Shown one piece after another: positions 22,891 to 35,400 of a stretch of 64,000 bases of DNA. Position numbers and translations under genes: made by a program. Each line of letters begins with the position of its first letter. Within the stretch, counting starts at the first letter, position 1. The notes below the pieces were generated by a model that searched no databases, had not been told where the DNA came from, and worked only from the letters and a program-made list of their open reading frames with translations. The DNA comes from Eutreptiella sp. 'Long Island Sound 2002' (Eukaryota; Protista; Euglenida), in NCBI GenBank assembly GCA_964036045.1, contig OZ038378.1, positions 34,038,001 to 34,102,000 of the forward strand, in the 5' to 3' direction.

Positions 22891-24845
22891 GCCTATAGCG
22901 CCCCCATCTAACTTAAAGATGTAGCCCTGAGCGATTTCTTGCTAGGAACAAGAGTGGTAAGACCATTGCGGTTGAAGGTACATGCCCATAGTGAGGACAC
23001 TATGAATGGGGGATCGGGACTGTGTTTCCCCCTTGTTTCAACACAATGGGGTTATGTGTGTGAAAAGGCATATTTCATGTTCTCTCATCGCGGGTTGCAC
23101 ACGCGCATGTTTTGGGGCCAACTTCGGGTTGGGTACGTTTTTGGGGCCTCAAAAGATCCCCGCTTCATGGTCGTGAACCTAGAGAGAGGGGTAACATTAA
23201 CGGAGATGTTTTTGTGGGTATCATGCAAAATGGTGCTGGTGAGGGATGGGAAAGATCCTTGGAGTCCTTAGGCGGTGGTGGTGAAACGGCCCGGATTCCA
23301 AGTGGATCCGGTGAAAATTATCTTTTTTTTCATTGGTCCAAAGCCCAAGTACTAGGAACCCCATGTTGCTCATGAGCCGTGGCATCTCACCCCAGAGACC
23401 TATGTTAAAACCAATATGTTTCATATTTGGGGCAAAAATTGATGCGTTAACCCAAAGTTGACCCTTTTGGGGGGGGGATGAGGGGTTTAGACGGGACGAA
23501 CTCTACCCCCACGGGGTGCATTACGGGATCGGGTGTCATTTTCAACCGGGGGTTGGGGGGGGGCTTACCTGCTTCCATGGAAAAAATATTAAAATGGTCC
23601 TCGGGTTTAATTTTTGATTTTGATTTTTCGTTGAATGTGCATGCATCTGGTGCATCTGTTGTTGTGTGTACGTGTGGTGATTTTGTTCCAAATGCGGGTT
23701 TGGCTGCATTGCGCTCTGGTCGTGCTCCGGTGGTTCAGACCTGTGTTTCCTTAGTGGTACTTCACTTTCTTCTTCAGAGTGGTGGTGTGTAGGCTTGTGT
23801 TTCTTTTTCGGATGTGAAAGGAAAGTTTTCGGGCAGGCAGGGTCTTCCACCACAGAAATGTTGCTCAGAAGCACGGGGCTTGTGTTTTTTAGGAGGTGAA
23901 AGGGGAGGTTCAGGGTAGGTAGGGTCTTCGACCACAGACGCGTCCAAATTAGAAGCACAGTATTCAACAACGTATAACTTGTTCCTGCTGTGTGGTTCAC
24001 AGTGCAGAACAAACTCTCCACATGTCACAGCAAAGCAGCAAGGGTCACACACAACAATGTCGCGAGACTTGCTGCCGACTCTTGACGCAGCCACCAAACC
24101 AAAAGCAGTTCCAAGGCACAACAACCTTGAAGGACTGTCAACACTGGTTTGTACGTTTATCTTAACACACCGGGTGCCACCCGAAGAACTCTCATTCCAT
24201 CCAAGTTTCGTTCGAGATCCAGACTACGTGTATGTTTCAACGCAACCAAAAGGTCAAGAAGCATGGCATGTCAGAGCATTCGGTTGCTTTTGTCTCCGCA
24301 CGGGTCTTGCAGTTGGACTCATGCGACGAAGATTCTTTGCAAGACTCCTTACTTCTCCACAGTGTCTATCCGCCAGTGCAGGTAGAGTGCGGCTTTGACA
24401 CGCTGCTAGAAGTGCTTCACAAACAGAAGGCCTTGGAGAATCCGATGGCCGTGTCTTCAGCCTCAACCTTGCCAAGGCCAAGGTAAAAATGAATGCGTCG
24501 CCGACGTTAATATTAACCTCGTAAAAATTAACTGTTTTCTGCAAAAATTGACCCTCCCTGAAAATCCCTATAAATGCATCACCAGAAAAGAAATACCTTT
24601 GCACCAAGTTTTTGTACTCATATTCCTTTGTCTATGGCTCTCGGGAGCCGAATTAGTCGTGCATGTCTCCGTTGAGGTTAGGTTGGCTCTAGGGGTTTTT
24701 GAGGGCGAGGAACGCACTGAAATTGTCCGTTTTTTGTAATTTCATCATTTTTGGGTGTAGAGCCAATTTGTTGACCGTGGCTCCACTGTCATACGTGTCC
24801 TACATGTCCTGCATGACCCCATACAAGTAGGTAACAACGTCGCGC

Positions 24846-26640
24846 GTGTCCCGCGCGTGCTCCGGGCTTCTCACGTGTGGCTCCACAATTGTACCTAGCG
24901 CCAATTACTTTGTCAAGTATGTTTTACGTGTTGTACAGCACTTGGGCACGCCTTGCAATGCATGTGTGACCCCCGCACCTTGTTCGATCCATCGAGATCC
25001 TGAAGAGCTTCTTCAGCAACGAGTATGGCTACTCGCTGGGTACTTTCGTCCACCATTACAAGAATTGCTGCGGGCAGCTGAAGGCGGCAACTGCGGCTGA
25101 AGGTATGCGTGTGCACTACGTTTAGAGTGCTGTGCGTGGAGGCTCTCCCTGCGTCCCCAGGGACCGTCGCTTGTGTTACGCGCGACGAATTCGTTGCACA
25201 CGTCGTCTCCGCATGTGTCCTTGGAGACCTTCGTGTCGTTGAGTGCGTGTTTCGTGTCCTGCAGTGCGTCAAGATCTTGGCTTGGCCGCCACCATGCTGA
25301 GCCGCGCTGAGCCCCGGACGATCCAAGCTGTGCTGTCCTGTGGAACGAAGAACTGCAGTTCAGTCACGAAGGCGATGGAGCATTTCCAGACGCTGTACCC
25401 AACCGCCGGGACAATGGGCGCCGCAAAGAGTATTCTTCGTCGCGTTGCCGATTGCGTTAGTGGTTGCGCGGAAGCCGGGGATTTCGAGACGGAGGACCCC
25501 AAGTCGAAACCTGGGGGTATCCCGCTGGCAAACCTTTGTGGACGAGAATCTCGGGGTGTCCTCGGTACTGGAGGCCCGCCTCGGGGGCCGTGGTCGGAGA
25601 TGTCGGATGTCTGAGGCTTCCACGTCAAGGATGTGATGGACATGGATCTGGACGAGTTGATCCAGAAGTACAACCGAACCGTGCGGGTAGCTGGACTGTT
25701 GAGGTACATGCTGGAGGCCGACCACGGGCTAACAGAGGAGCCGGAGCAGAAGACGTGGACTCTGGTGCAGCAATTGGAGTACCAAGAATTTTAAGCATGG
25801 AAGCGCCACAAGGTGTGGTGCTGTTTGCGCGACGCACGTGATACACGCTATCTCTTTGACTGTCCCCGGCGGCCTCCTTGTTTGATTTGCGCCCTCCAGA
25901 AGTTCCGCGTGTCGTCTCCGGATTTGGCTCCGGGGACGATAACCGTGTTCCCCGCGCTCAATATGCGGTCCATGTTATAGGCCATGCCCCCGCAGCTGCC
26001 GCCAGCGCCGCAATACCCTCTGCGATACCCGGTGCCTTACCAACCGCCGTATGGGCCGCAGTACGGGCAACAGTACGGGCAGTATGGGCAGCGGTACGGC
26101 CAGCTGTACGGGCAGCAGCCGCTGCAGCACCGCCAAGAGGCGTGGGAAGATTTGGATGTGAAGGACAGGTGGGAGCGGGATCCCATCCCGCCACCAGCGC
26201 GGCAACACCAACAGCAGCACCAACCACCACCACCGCCGCCGCCACAACAACAACAGCAGCAACCGCCAGCCCCCTCGCCGCCGCACGAGGAAGCCCCCGT
26301 GGTGCACAAGGAAGCCGCCGCGATGGACGACGTGCCGATCAAGGAGGAGGAGGTGGAAGAACCAAAGATGGATACTGGCAAACCAGGTCACAAGTGCGTG
26401 TAGAACGTGTGCCGCGCCTCCTACTCATTCCGCACGTTGTCTCGGGTTGTGTCCCCGGCGCCATCGCTTCGTGTGCAAAACGTTTTGCCCGTTCTGCGCG
26501 TTGTCCCCGTGCATGTCCCTGGTGACCGCTTGCATGTCCTGCGCGTTCTGCAAAGCTGCTGAGGATGACGCCGAAGCCTAGGATGCTGACATGGACGCCA
26601 GCGACGTGGACATGTTCACCCAGTTCTCGTAGGCAGAGGG
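24846..26640 (+). pseudogene. Decayed, probably intron-containing gene with Pro/Gln/Tyr-rich and acidic C-terminal region
   Basis: Frame 1 runs 25243-26403 with few stops; AAG|GTGTGG (25813) and TTATAG|GCC (25980) define an in-phase 168-nt intron; PQYPLRYPVPYQPPYGPQYGQQYGQ tract. Confidence 0.45.
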
Positions 26641-28189
26641 GGAAGGGGAAGGGGAGGGGTGGGGGGAAGGGGAGGGGTGGGGGGAAGGGTCGGGTGGCCA
26701 GACCCCGATGAGGCTGGTGGACGGCAAATGTCCCAGCCTTTGTTCTTCCACACACCGCCACCGCACAGCCACACCGCACCAGCAGTAGCGTCGCAGCAGA
26801 CGCCACACTGGTGGCTGACGCTGCCTGATATATTGTTATTGTACATTGGTTTTTGCCACCCCCTGAGCGCGGGGACACGTGGATCCGGTGTGGGGACGAA
26901 TGATGGTGGTGAGTTGTGAAGCCGTGTGCCTGCTTTTGTGGTTTTCTTTTTGCATGTGTGTCGCTTTTTCACCTTGGCCCCTTTGAGTAGACTCACCATT
27001 GTATTCCCTTCTTGTGCCCAGAACACTTTTTGTCACCTGTGTCCTGTGTCCTGTGTCCTGTGTCAACTGTCAAATGCACACTCTGTGGATCTCAACTCAT
27101 GTCACTCAACCCTCCAATCACCTGTGTGCACTGGTAGGACACACATGCGTGTTAGTACATCCCCTGGGATTCCAATGTGCCCAAGCACATCCGAGTGGCA
27201 TAGGTCAGAGGTGAATTCATTCGCTATATCAGGATCTGCAGCCACCCACATCTGTACCAGGTATGTTGTAGCAGACTGGTCTCAGTGTTGCGCCGGCTTA
27301 ACTACTCGTGGGAGGTAATCCAGTCTAAACACATCCCGTGGGGTGAAAGAAACAGGTTTAGGACGCTCAGACGTCATGTCGTGCCCTCTAGGGTGGCTAT
27401 GTCGTTGTCCCAATCTGAAATGATGAGTTCCAGGCATAATGGTGTGATGGGAGGTGGGCGGGAACCTTTTGGACAGGTGCATGGATTTTGCCCCCCCCCC
27501 CCAATATCAGACTTGTGCTCCGCCCCCTACATCAGACAGGGGGGGCGGAACCCATGAGGGAAACCGGGCACCCACAGCCCATAGTGAACCCCCACGGTCT
27601 CGTGAAGGGAGGTTTAGGGTAACAGGCAGACCGTGCTCCTGCCCAGGCCCCTGCTCCCGCCCCTGCTCTTGCCCATACCCATGCTTGCCCCTGCCCCAGC
27701 ACCTGCCTCTGCAGGTATGTCTGGTATGTGTCGGGAACAAGGGCCACGTGGTGGGGCCATCGGGAAACAAGGGCCCTGCGCCCGGCCGTTTGTGGGATCC
27801 TGGGGCTGTCAAAGCCCTTGCACCTCCCTCTAGGGCAGGGCCAGGGCCACGGGCAACCAGGGCTAGGGGCCTGTCCTTGTGTGGAATTAAGTAAATTGGG
27901 TAAGTAGGTACTACCAGGGCCATGGGCCCGTCCTGGCGTTGGCAGTTTGTGGTGTAATTACCGTGCCAATCCTAATTATTTGCGGAAATGATTAATTCCA
28001 GGTCCAACGTGTTGTTTTGCCGCAAAAAAAACGCAAAAAAATATTAATTTTTGACTTTGTGCCCTTCGCCAAAATGGGTTCCGCAAAAAAATCGCCAATT
28101 TTGTTTGCCCCTCCCCCCCTTTGCAGAAATACCACAATTGCGGAACGGATGCTGTGTTTGCCCCACTGCTTGTTGCCCCACCCGATGCG

Positions 28190-28395
28190 TGCATTTTGAT
28201 GTTGCTGTGCCCCAAAGCAGATAATGGGGCTAGTTTTGTCTAGCTGGGGTCCATCGTTATTTGAATTTGGATATTGGTGTGCCCCAAAGCACATAAAGGG
28301 GCTAGTTCTCGCAAACCCGGATACTTGCATTTTGATGTTGCTGTGCCCCAAAGCAGATAATGGGGCTAGCTCTGTGCCGCTGGGGTCCATCGCTA
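28190..28395 (+). repeat. Three copies of the GCCCCAAAGCAGATAATGGGGCTAG mini-hairpin motif, shared with the 48-50 kb foldback TIRs
   Basis: Copies at 28207, 28279 and 28343; the same motif occurs at ~48341 (+) and ~50285-50310 (-). Confidence 0.8.
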
Positions 28396-28859
28396 TTTGA
28401 TTTTGGTTGTTGAGAGGTAAAAAGGAGTAAACCCGCGGGCCGAGGGTTTCGAGGGGGAAGACAGGCCCACTCGCCCAAACCAAGGTAAACAAAACGCGAC
28501 CACAGGGGTGGCTCGCCAGGCTGTGCGCGCGTAGGTGGTATTAGAACCCCTTAGATTCTGGACCACCCCGGGGTCCTAACCAAGGGTCTTGTTCCCCAGG
28601 CGGGTTCGCTCACACCTTGCGGTAAGCACACCTTGTTGCTTGCTTTACAAGAATAAACAACTGCCACTCGCTCAGTGCCAATTCCTCATAGTATTAAGGC
28701 TAGGCCACTGCTTGCTCACAACACAGGCTCTGGGGCAAAGTTTTCCCTTTCTGCAGAGGCATGTTGTAGGCAATCAGGTCCAGGGGCCCGTCCTGTTGGT
28801 AAGTAGAAAGACCTGGGGTTGTGGGCCCCTTCCTGATGGTAATTAGGATGGCCCTGTAC

Positions 28860-29490
28860 CGCCCCAGTACAGGGGCCCACTGTTTCAGATTTTCACAAAG
28901 AGGGGCTCTATGTAAAGCCCCAACCACCAGCTTTCACCACAACTTTGTTGTGTGGAATTCTACCACACCATCACAGATTTAGAAGACTCCAAAGTGAGCT
29001 CGACTATCCGCCCCCCTACAGGGGTCCACTGTTTCACATTTTTACAACTAGGGGCTCTATGTAAAGCCCCAACCACCAGCTTTCATCAGAACCTTGTTTT
29101 GTGGAATTTTACCACACCATCACAGAATTAGAAGGCTCCAAAGTGAGCTCGAATATCCGCCCCCCTACAGGGGCCCACTGTTTCAGATTTTTCCAACCAG
29201 GGGCTCTATGTAAAGCTGCACCACCAGCTTTCATCAGAACCTTGTTTTGCGGAATTTTACCACACCATCACACAATTAGAAGGCTCCAAAGTGAGCTCGA
29301 CTATCCGCACCCCAACAAGGGCCCACTATTTCAGATTTTTACAATCAGGTGCTTTATGTAAAGCCCCAACCACTAGCTTTCATCACAACCTTGTTTTGTG
29401 GAATTTTACCACACCATCACATAATTGCAAGGCTCCAAAGTGAGCTCGACTATCCGCGCCCCTACAAGGGCCCACTGTTTCACATTTTCC
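28860..29490 (+). repeat. ~149-bp tandem repeat, ~4 copies
   Basis: GG(G/T)CCCACTGTTTCA at ~28872, 29021, 29171, 29320 and 29469; unit includes CTCCAAAGTGAGCTCGACTATCCGC. Confidence 0.95.
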
Positions 29491-32400
29491 ACCGGACAGG
29501 GCAGCGTGCCCTGGTCGTAGCCTATTGGCGCACGCTGGGGCGGGAGGTTGGGTGCTGGACAGGGCAGCGCGCGTTGGTCGTGGCCTGTCGGCGCACGCTG
29601 GGGCGGGAGGTTGGGCACCGGACAGGGCAGCGCCCTGGTCATGGCCTGTTGGCGCACGCCGGGGCGGGAGGTTGGGAGCCGGACAGGGCAACTTCCCCTG
29701 GTCGTGGCCTGTTGGCGCACGTTGGGGCGGGAGGTTGGGCGATGGACAGGGCAGCGCGCCCTGGTTGTGGCCTGTTGGCGCACGCTGGGTCGGGAGGTTG
29801 GGCGCTGGACAGAGCAGCGCGCCTTGGTCGTGGTTTGTCGGCGCACGCTGGGGCGGTAGGGTGGGAGCTGGACAGGGCAGCGTGCCCTGGTCGTGGTTTC
29901 TTGGCGCACGATGGGGCGGGAGGTTGGGCGCTAGCCAAGGAGTGCGCCCCGGTCGTGGCCTATTGGCACACGCTGGGCCGGGAGGTTGGGCGCTGGATAG
30001 GGCAGCGCGCGCTGGTCGTGGCCTGTTGGCGCACGCCGGGGCGGGAGGTTGGGCGCTGGACAGGGCAGCACGCCCTGGTCGCGGCATGTTGGCGCACGCC
30101 GGGGCGGGTGGTTGGGCGCTGGACAGGGCAGCGTGCCCTGGTCGTGGCCTGGTGGCGCACGCCGGGGCGGGAGGTGGGCTGCCGGACAGGGCAGCGCGCC
30201 CTGGTCGTGGCCTGTTGGCGCACGCCGGGGCGGGAGGTTGGGCGCTAGACAGGGCAGCGCGCCGTGGTCGTGGCCTGTTGGCGCACGCCGAGGCGGGAGG
30301 TTGGGCGCCGGACAGGGCAGCGTGCCCTGGTCGTGGCCTATTGGCGCACGCTGAGGCGGGAGGTTGGGCGCTGGACAGGGCAGCGCGTCTTGGTCGTGGC
30401 TTGTCGGCGCACGCTGGGGCGGAGGGTCGGGCGCTGGACAAGGCAGCGTGCCCGGTTCGTGGCCTAATGGCGCACGCTGGGGCGGGAGGTTGGGCGATGA
30501 CAGGGCAGCGTGCCCTGGTCGTGGCCTGGTGGCGCACGCCGGGGCGGGAGGTGGGCTGCCGGACACGGCAGCAGGCCCTGTTCGTGGCCTGTTGTCGCAC
30601 GCCGGGGCGGGAGGTTGGGCGCCGGATAGGGCAGCGCGCCTTTGGTCGCGGCCTGTTGGCGCACGACGGGGCGGGTGGTTGGGCGCTCGACAGGGCAGCG
30701 TGCCCTGGTTGTGGCCTGTTGGCGCACGCTGGGGCGGGAGGTTGGGCGCTGGACAGAGCAGCGCGCCTTGGTCGTGGTTTGTCGGCGCACGCTGGGGCGG
30801 TAGGTTGGGAGCTGGACAGGGCAGCGTGCCCTGGTCGTGGTTTCTTGGCGCACGATGGGGCGGGAGGTTGGGCGCTAGCCAGAGAGTGCGCCCTGGTCGT
30901 GGCCTGTTGGCGCACGCTAGGCCGGGAGGTTGGGCGCTGGATAGGGCAGCGCGCGCTGGTCGTGGCCTGTTGGCGCACGCCGGAGCGGGAGGTTGGGCGC
31001 TGGACAGGGCAGCGCGCCCTGGTCGCGGCCTGTGGGCGCACGCCGGGGCGGGTGGTTGGGCGCTGGACAGGGCAGCGTGCCCTGGTCGTGGCCTGGTGGC
31101 GCACGCCGGGGCGGGAAGTGGGCTGCTGGACAGGGCAGCGCGCTCTGGTCGTGGCCTGTTGGCGCACGCTGGGGCGGGAGGTTGGGCGCTAGACAGGGCA
31201 ACGTGCCCTGGTCGTGGCCTATTGGCGCACGCTGGGGCGGGAGGTTGGGCGTTGGACAGGGCAGCGCGCCTTGGTCGTGGCCTGTCGGCGCACGCTAGGG
31301 CGGAGGGTTGGGCGCTGGACAAGGCAGCGTGCCCCGTTCGTGGCCTGATGGCGCACGCTGGGGCGGGAGGTTGGGCGATGACAGGGCAGCGTGCCCTGGT
31401 CATGGCCTGATGGCGCACGCCGGGGCGGGAGGTGGGCTGCCGGACACGGCAGCAGGCCCTGGTCGTGGCCTGTTGTCGCACGCCGGGGCGGGAGGTTGGG
31501 CGCCGGATAGGGCAGCGCGCCCTTGGTCGCGGCCTGTTGGCGCACGACGGGGCGGGTGGTTCGCCGCTCGACAGGGCAACGTGCCCTGGTCGTGGCCTGT
31601 TGGCGCACGCTGGGGCGGGAGGTTGGGCGCTGGACAGAGCAACGCGCCTTGGTCGTGGTTTGTCGGCGCACGCTGGGGCGGTAGGTTGGGAGCTGGACAA
31701 GGCAGCGTGCCCTGGTCGTGGCCTCTTGGCGCACGATGGGGCGGGAGGTTGATCACTAGCCAGGGAGTGCGCCCTGGTCGTGGCCTGTTGGCGCACGCTA
31801 GGCCGGGAGGTTGGGCGCTGGATAGCGCAGCGCACGCTGGTCGTGGCCTGTTGGCGCACGCCGGGGCGGGCGGTTGGGCGCTGGACAAGGCAGCGCGCCC
31901 TGGTCGCGGCCTGTTGGCGCACGCCGGGGCGGGTGGTTGGGCGCTGGACAGGGCAGCGTGCCCTGGTCGTGGCCTGTTGGCGCATGCTGGGGCGGGAGGT
32001 TGGGCGCTAGACAGGGCAGCGCGCCCTGGTCGTGGCCTGTTGGCGCACGTTGGGGCGGGAGGTTGGGCGCCGGACAGGGCAGCGTGCCCTGGTCTTGGCC
32101 TATTGGCGCACGCTGGGGCGGGAGGTTGGGCGCTGGACAGGGCAGCGCGCGTGGGTCGTGGCCTGTCGGCGCACGCTGGGGCGGAGGGTGGGGCGCTGGA
32201 CAAGGCAGCGCCTCCGGTCGTGGCCTGATGGTGCACGCTGGGGCGGGAGGTTGGGCGATGACAGGGCAGCGTGCCTTGGTCGTGGCCTGTTGTCGCACGC
32301 CGGGGCGGGAGATTGGGCGCCGGATAGGGCAGCGCGCCCTTGGTCGCGGCCTTTTGGCGCACGACGGGGCGGGTGGTTGGGCGCTCGACAGAGCAGCGTG

Positions 32401-35400
32401 CCCTGGTCGTGGCCTGGTGGCGCACGCCGGGGCGGGAGGTGGGCTGCCGGACACGGCAGCAGGCCCTGGTCGTGGCCTGTTGGCGCACGCCAGGGCGGTG
32501 GTTGGGCGCTAGACAGGGCAGCGCGCCGTGGTCGTGGCCCGTTGGCGCACGCTAGGGAGGGAGGTTGGGCGCTGGACAGGGCAGCGCGCGCTGGTCCTGG
32601 CTGTTCGCGCACGCCGGGGCGGGAGGTTTGGCGCTGGACAGGGCAGCGCGCCCCGGTCGTGGCCTGTTGGCGCACACTGGGGCGGGAGGTGGGCCGCTGG
32701 ACAGGGCAGCGCGCCCTCGTCGCGGTCTGTTGGCGCACGCCGGGGCGGGTGGTTGGGCGCTGGACAGGGCAGCGTGCCCCGGTCGTGGCCTATTGGCGCA
32801 CGCTGGGGCGGGAGGTTGGGCGCTGGACAGTGCAGCGCGCCCTTGTCGTGGCCTGCTGGCGCAGGCCGGGGCGGGAGGTTGGGCGTCAGACTGGGCAGCG
32901 TGCCCTGGTCGTGTTTTGTTGGTGCACGCTGGGGCGGGAGGTTGGGCACTGGACAGGACAGCGCGCCCTGGTCGTGGCCTGTTGGCGCACGCCGGGGCGG
33001 GAGGTTGGGCGCTGGACAGGGCAGCGTGCCCTGGTCGTGGCCTGTTGGCGCACGCTGGGGCGGGAGGTTGGGCGCTGGACAAGGATGCGTGCCCTGGTCG
33101 TGGCCTGATGGCGCACGCTGGGGTGGGAGGTTGGGCGATAACAGGGCAGCGTGCCCTGGTCGTGGCCTGGTGGCGCACGCCGGGGCGGGAGGTGGGCTGC
33201 CGGACACGGCAGCAGGCCCTGGTTGTGGCCTGTCGTCGCACGCCGGGGCGGGAGGTTGGGCGCCAGATAGGGCAGCGCGCCCTTGGTCCCGGCCTGCTGG
33301 CGCACGACGGGGCGGGTGGTTCGGCGCTCGACAGGGCAGCGTGCCCTGGTCGTGGCCTGGTGGCGCACGCCGGGGCGGGAGGTGGGCTGCCGGACACGGC
33401 AGCAGGCCTTGGTCGTGGCCCGTTGGCGCACGCCAGGGCGGGTGGTTGGGCGCTAGACAGGGCAACGCGCCCTGGTCGTGGCCCGTTGGCGCACGCTGGG
33501 GAGGGAGGTTGGGCGCTGGACAGGGCAGCGTGCGCTGGTCTTGGCCTGTTGGCGCACGCCGGGGCGGGAGGTTGGGCGCTGGACAGGGCAGCGCGCCCCG
33601 GTCGTGGCCTGTTGGCGCACGCTGGGGCGGGAGGTGGGCCGCCGGACAGGGCAGCGCGCCGTGGTCGCGGCCTGTTGGCGCAGGCCGGGGGGGGAGGTTG
33701 GGCGCCAGACTGGGCAGCGTGCCCTGGTCGTGTCTTGTTGGCGCACGGTGGGGCGGGAGGTCGGGCGCTGGACAGGGCAGCGCGCCCTGGTCGTGGCCTG
33801 TTGGCGCACGCTGGGGCGGGAGGTTGGGCGCTGGACAGGGCAGCGCGCCCCGGTCGTGGCCTGTTGGCGCACGCCGGGGCGGGAGGTGGGCTGCCGGATA
33901 GGACAGCGCGCCTTGGTCGTGGCCTGTTGGCGCACGCCGGGGCGGGACGTGGGCCGCTGGACAGGGCAGCGTGCCCGGGTCGTGGCCTGTTGGTGCATGC
34001 TGGGGCGGGCGGTTGGGAGCTGGACAGGGCAGCGCGCCCTTGTTGTGGCCTGTTGGCGCACGCCGGGGCGGGAAGTGGGCTCCCGGAAAGGGCAACGCGC
34101 CCTGGTCGTGTCTTGTTGGCGCACGGTGGGGCGGGAGGTTGGGCGCTGGACAGGGCAGCGCGCCATGGTCGTGGCCTGTTAGCGCATGCTGGGGCGGGAG
34201 GTTGGGCGCTGGACAGGGCAGCGCGCTCCGGTCGTGGCCTGTTGGCGCACGCCGGGGCGGGAGGTGGGCTGCCGGATAGGACAGCGCGCCTTGGTCGTGG
34301 CCTGTTGGCGCACGCCGGGGCGGGAAGTGGGCCGCTGGACAGGGCAGCGTGCCCGGGTCGTGGCCTGTTGGTGCATGCTGGGGCGGGCGGTTGGGAGCTG
34401 GACAGGGCAGCGCGCCCTTGTCGTGGCGTGTTGGCGCGCGCCGGGGCGGGAAAAAGGCTGCCGGACAGGGCAGCGCGCCCTGGTCGTGGCCCGTTGGCGC
34501 ACGTCAGGGCGGGAGGTGGGCCGCCGGACAGGGCAGCGCGCCCTGGTCGCGGCCCGTTGGTGCACGCTGGGGCGGGAGGTTGGCTGCTGGACACGGCAGC
34601 GCGACCTGGTCGTGGCCTGTTGGCGCACGCCGGGGCGGGAGGTGGGCTGCCGGACAGGGGAGCGCGCCCTGGTGGTGGCCTGTTGGCGCACGCCGGGGCG
34701 GGAGATGGGCCGCCGGATAGCGCGGCGCGCCCTAGTCGCGGATCGTTGGCGGACGCGTGGGCGGGAGGTTGGGCGTTGGAAAGGGCCGCGTGCCCGGGTC
34801 GTGGCCTGTTGGCACATGCCGGGGCGGGTGGTTGGGCACTGGACAGGGCAGCGCGCCCTGGTCGTGGCCTGTTGGCGCTCGCAAGGGCGGGAGGTTGGGC
34901 ACTGGACAGGGCAGCGCGCCCTGGTCGTGGCCTGCTGGCGCTCGCCAGGGCGGGAGGTTGGGCGCTAAACAGGGCAGCGCGCCCTGGTCGTGGCCTTTTG
35001 GCGCACGCTGGGGCGGGAATTGGGCCGCTCCATAGGGCAGCGCGCCCTGGTCGTGGCCTGTTGGCGCACGCCGGGTAGGGAGGTGGGCTGCCGGATAGGG
35101 GAGCGCCCCTTGGTTGTGGCCTGTTGGCGCACGCCGGGGCGTGAAGTGGGCCGCCGGACAGGGCAGCGCGCCCTGGTCGTGGCCCGTTGGCGCACGCCGG
35201 GGCGGGAGGTGGGCCGCCGGACAGGGCAGCGCGCCCTGGTCGCGGCCCGTTGGTGCACGCTGGAGCGGGAGGCTGGTCGCTGGACAGGGCAGCGCGCCCT
35301 GGTCGTGGCCTGTTGGCGCACGCCGGGGCGGGAGGTGGGCTGCCGGACAGTGCAGCGCGACGTGGTGGTGGCCTGTTGGCGCACGCCGGGGCGGGAGGTG

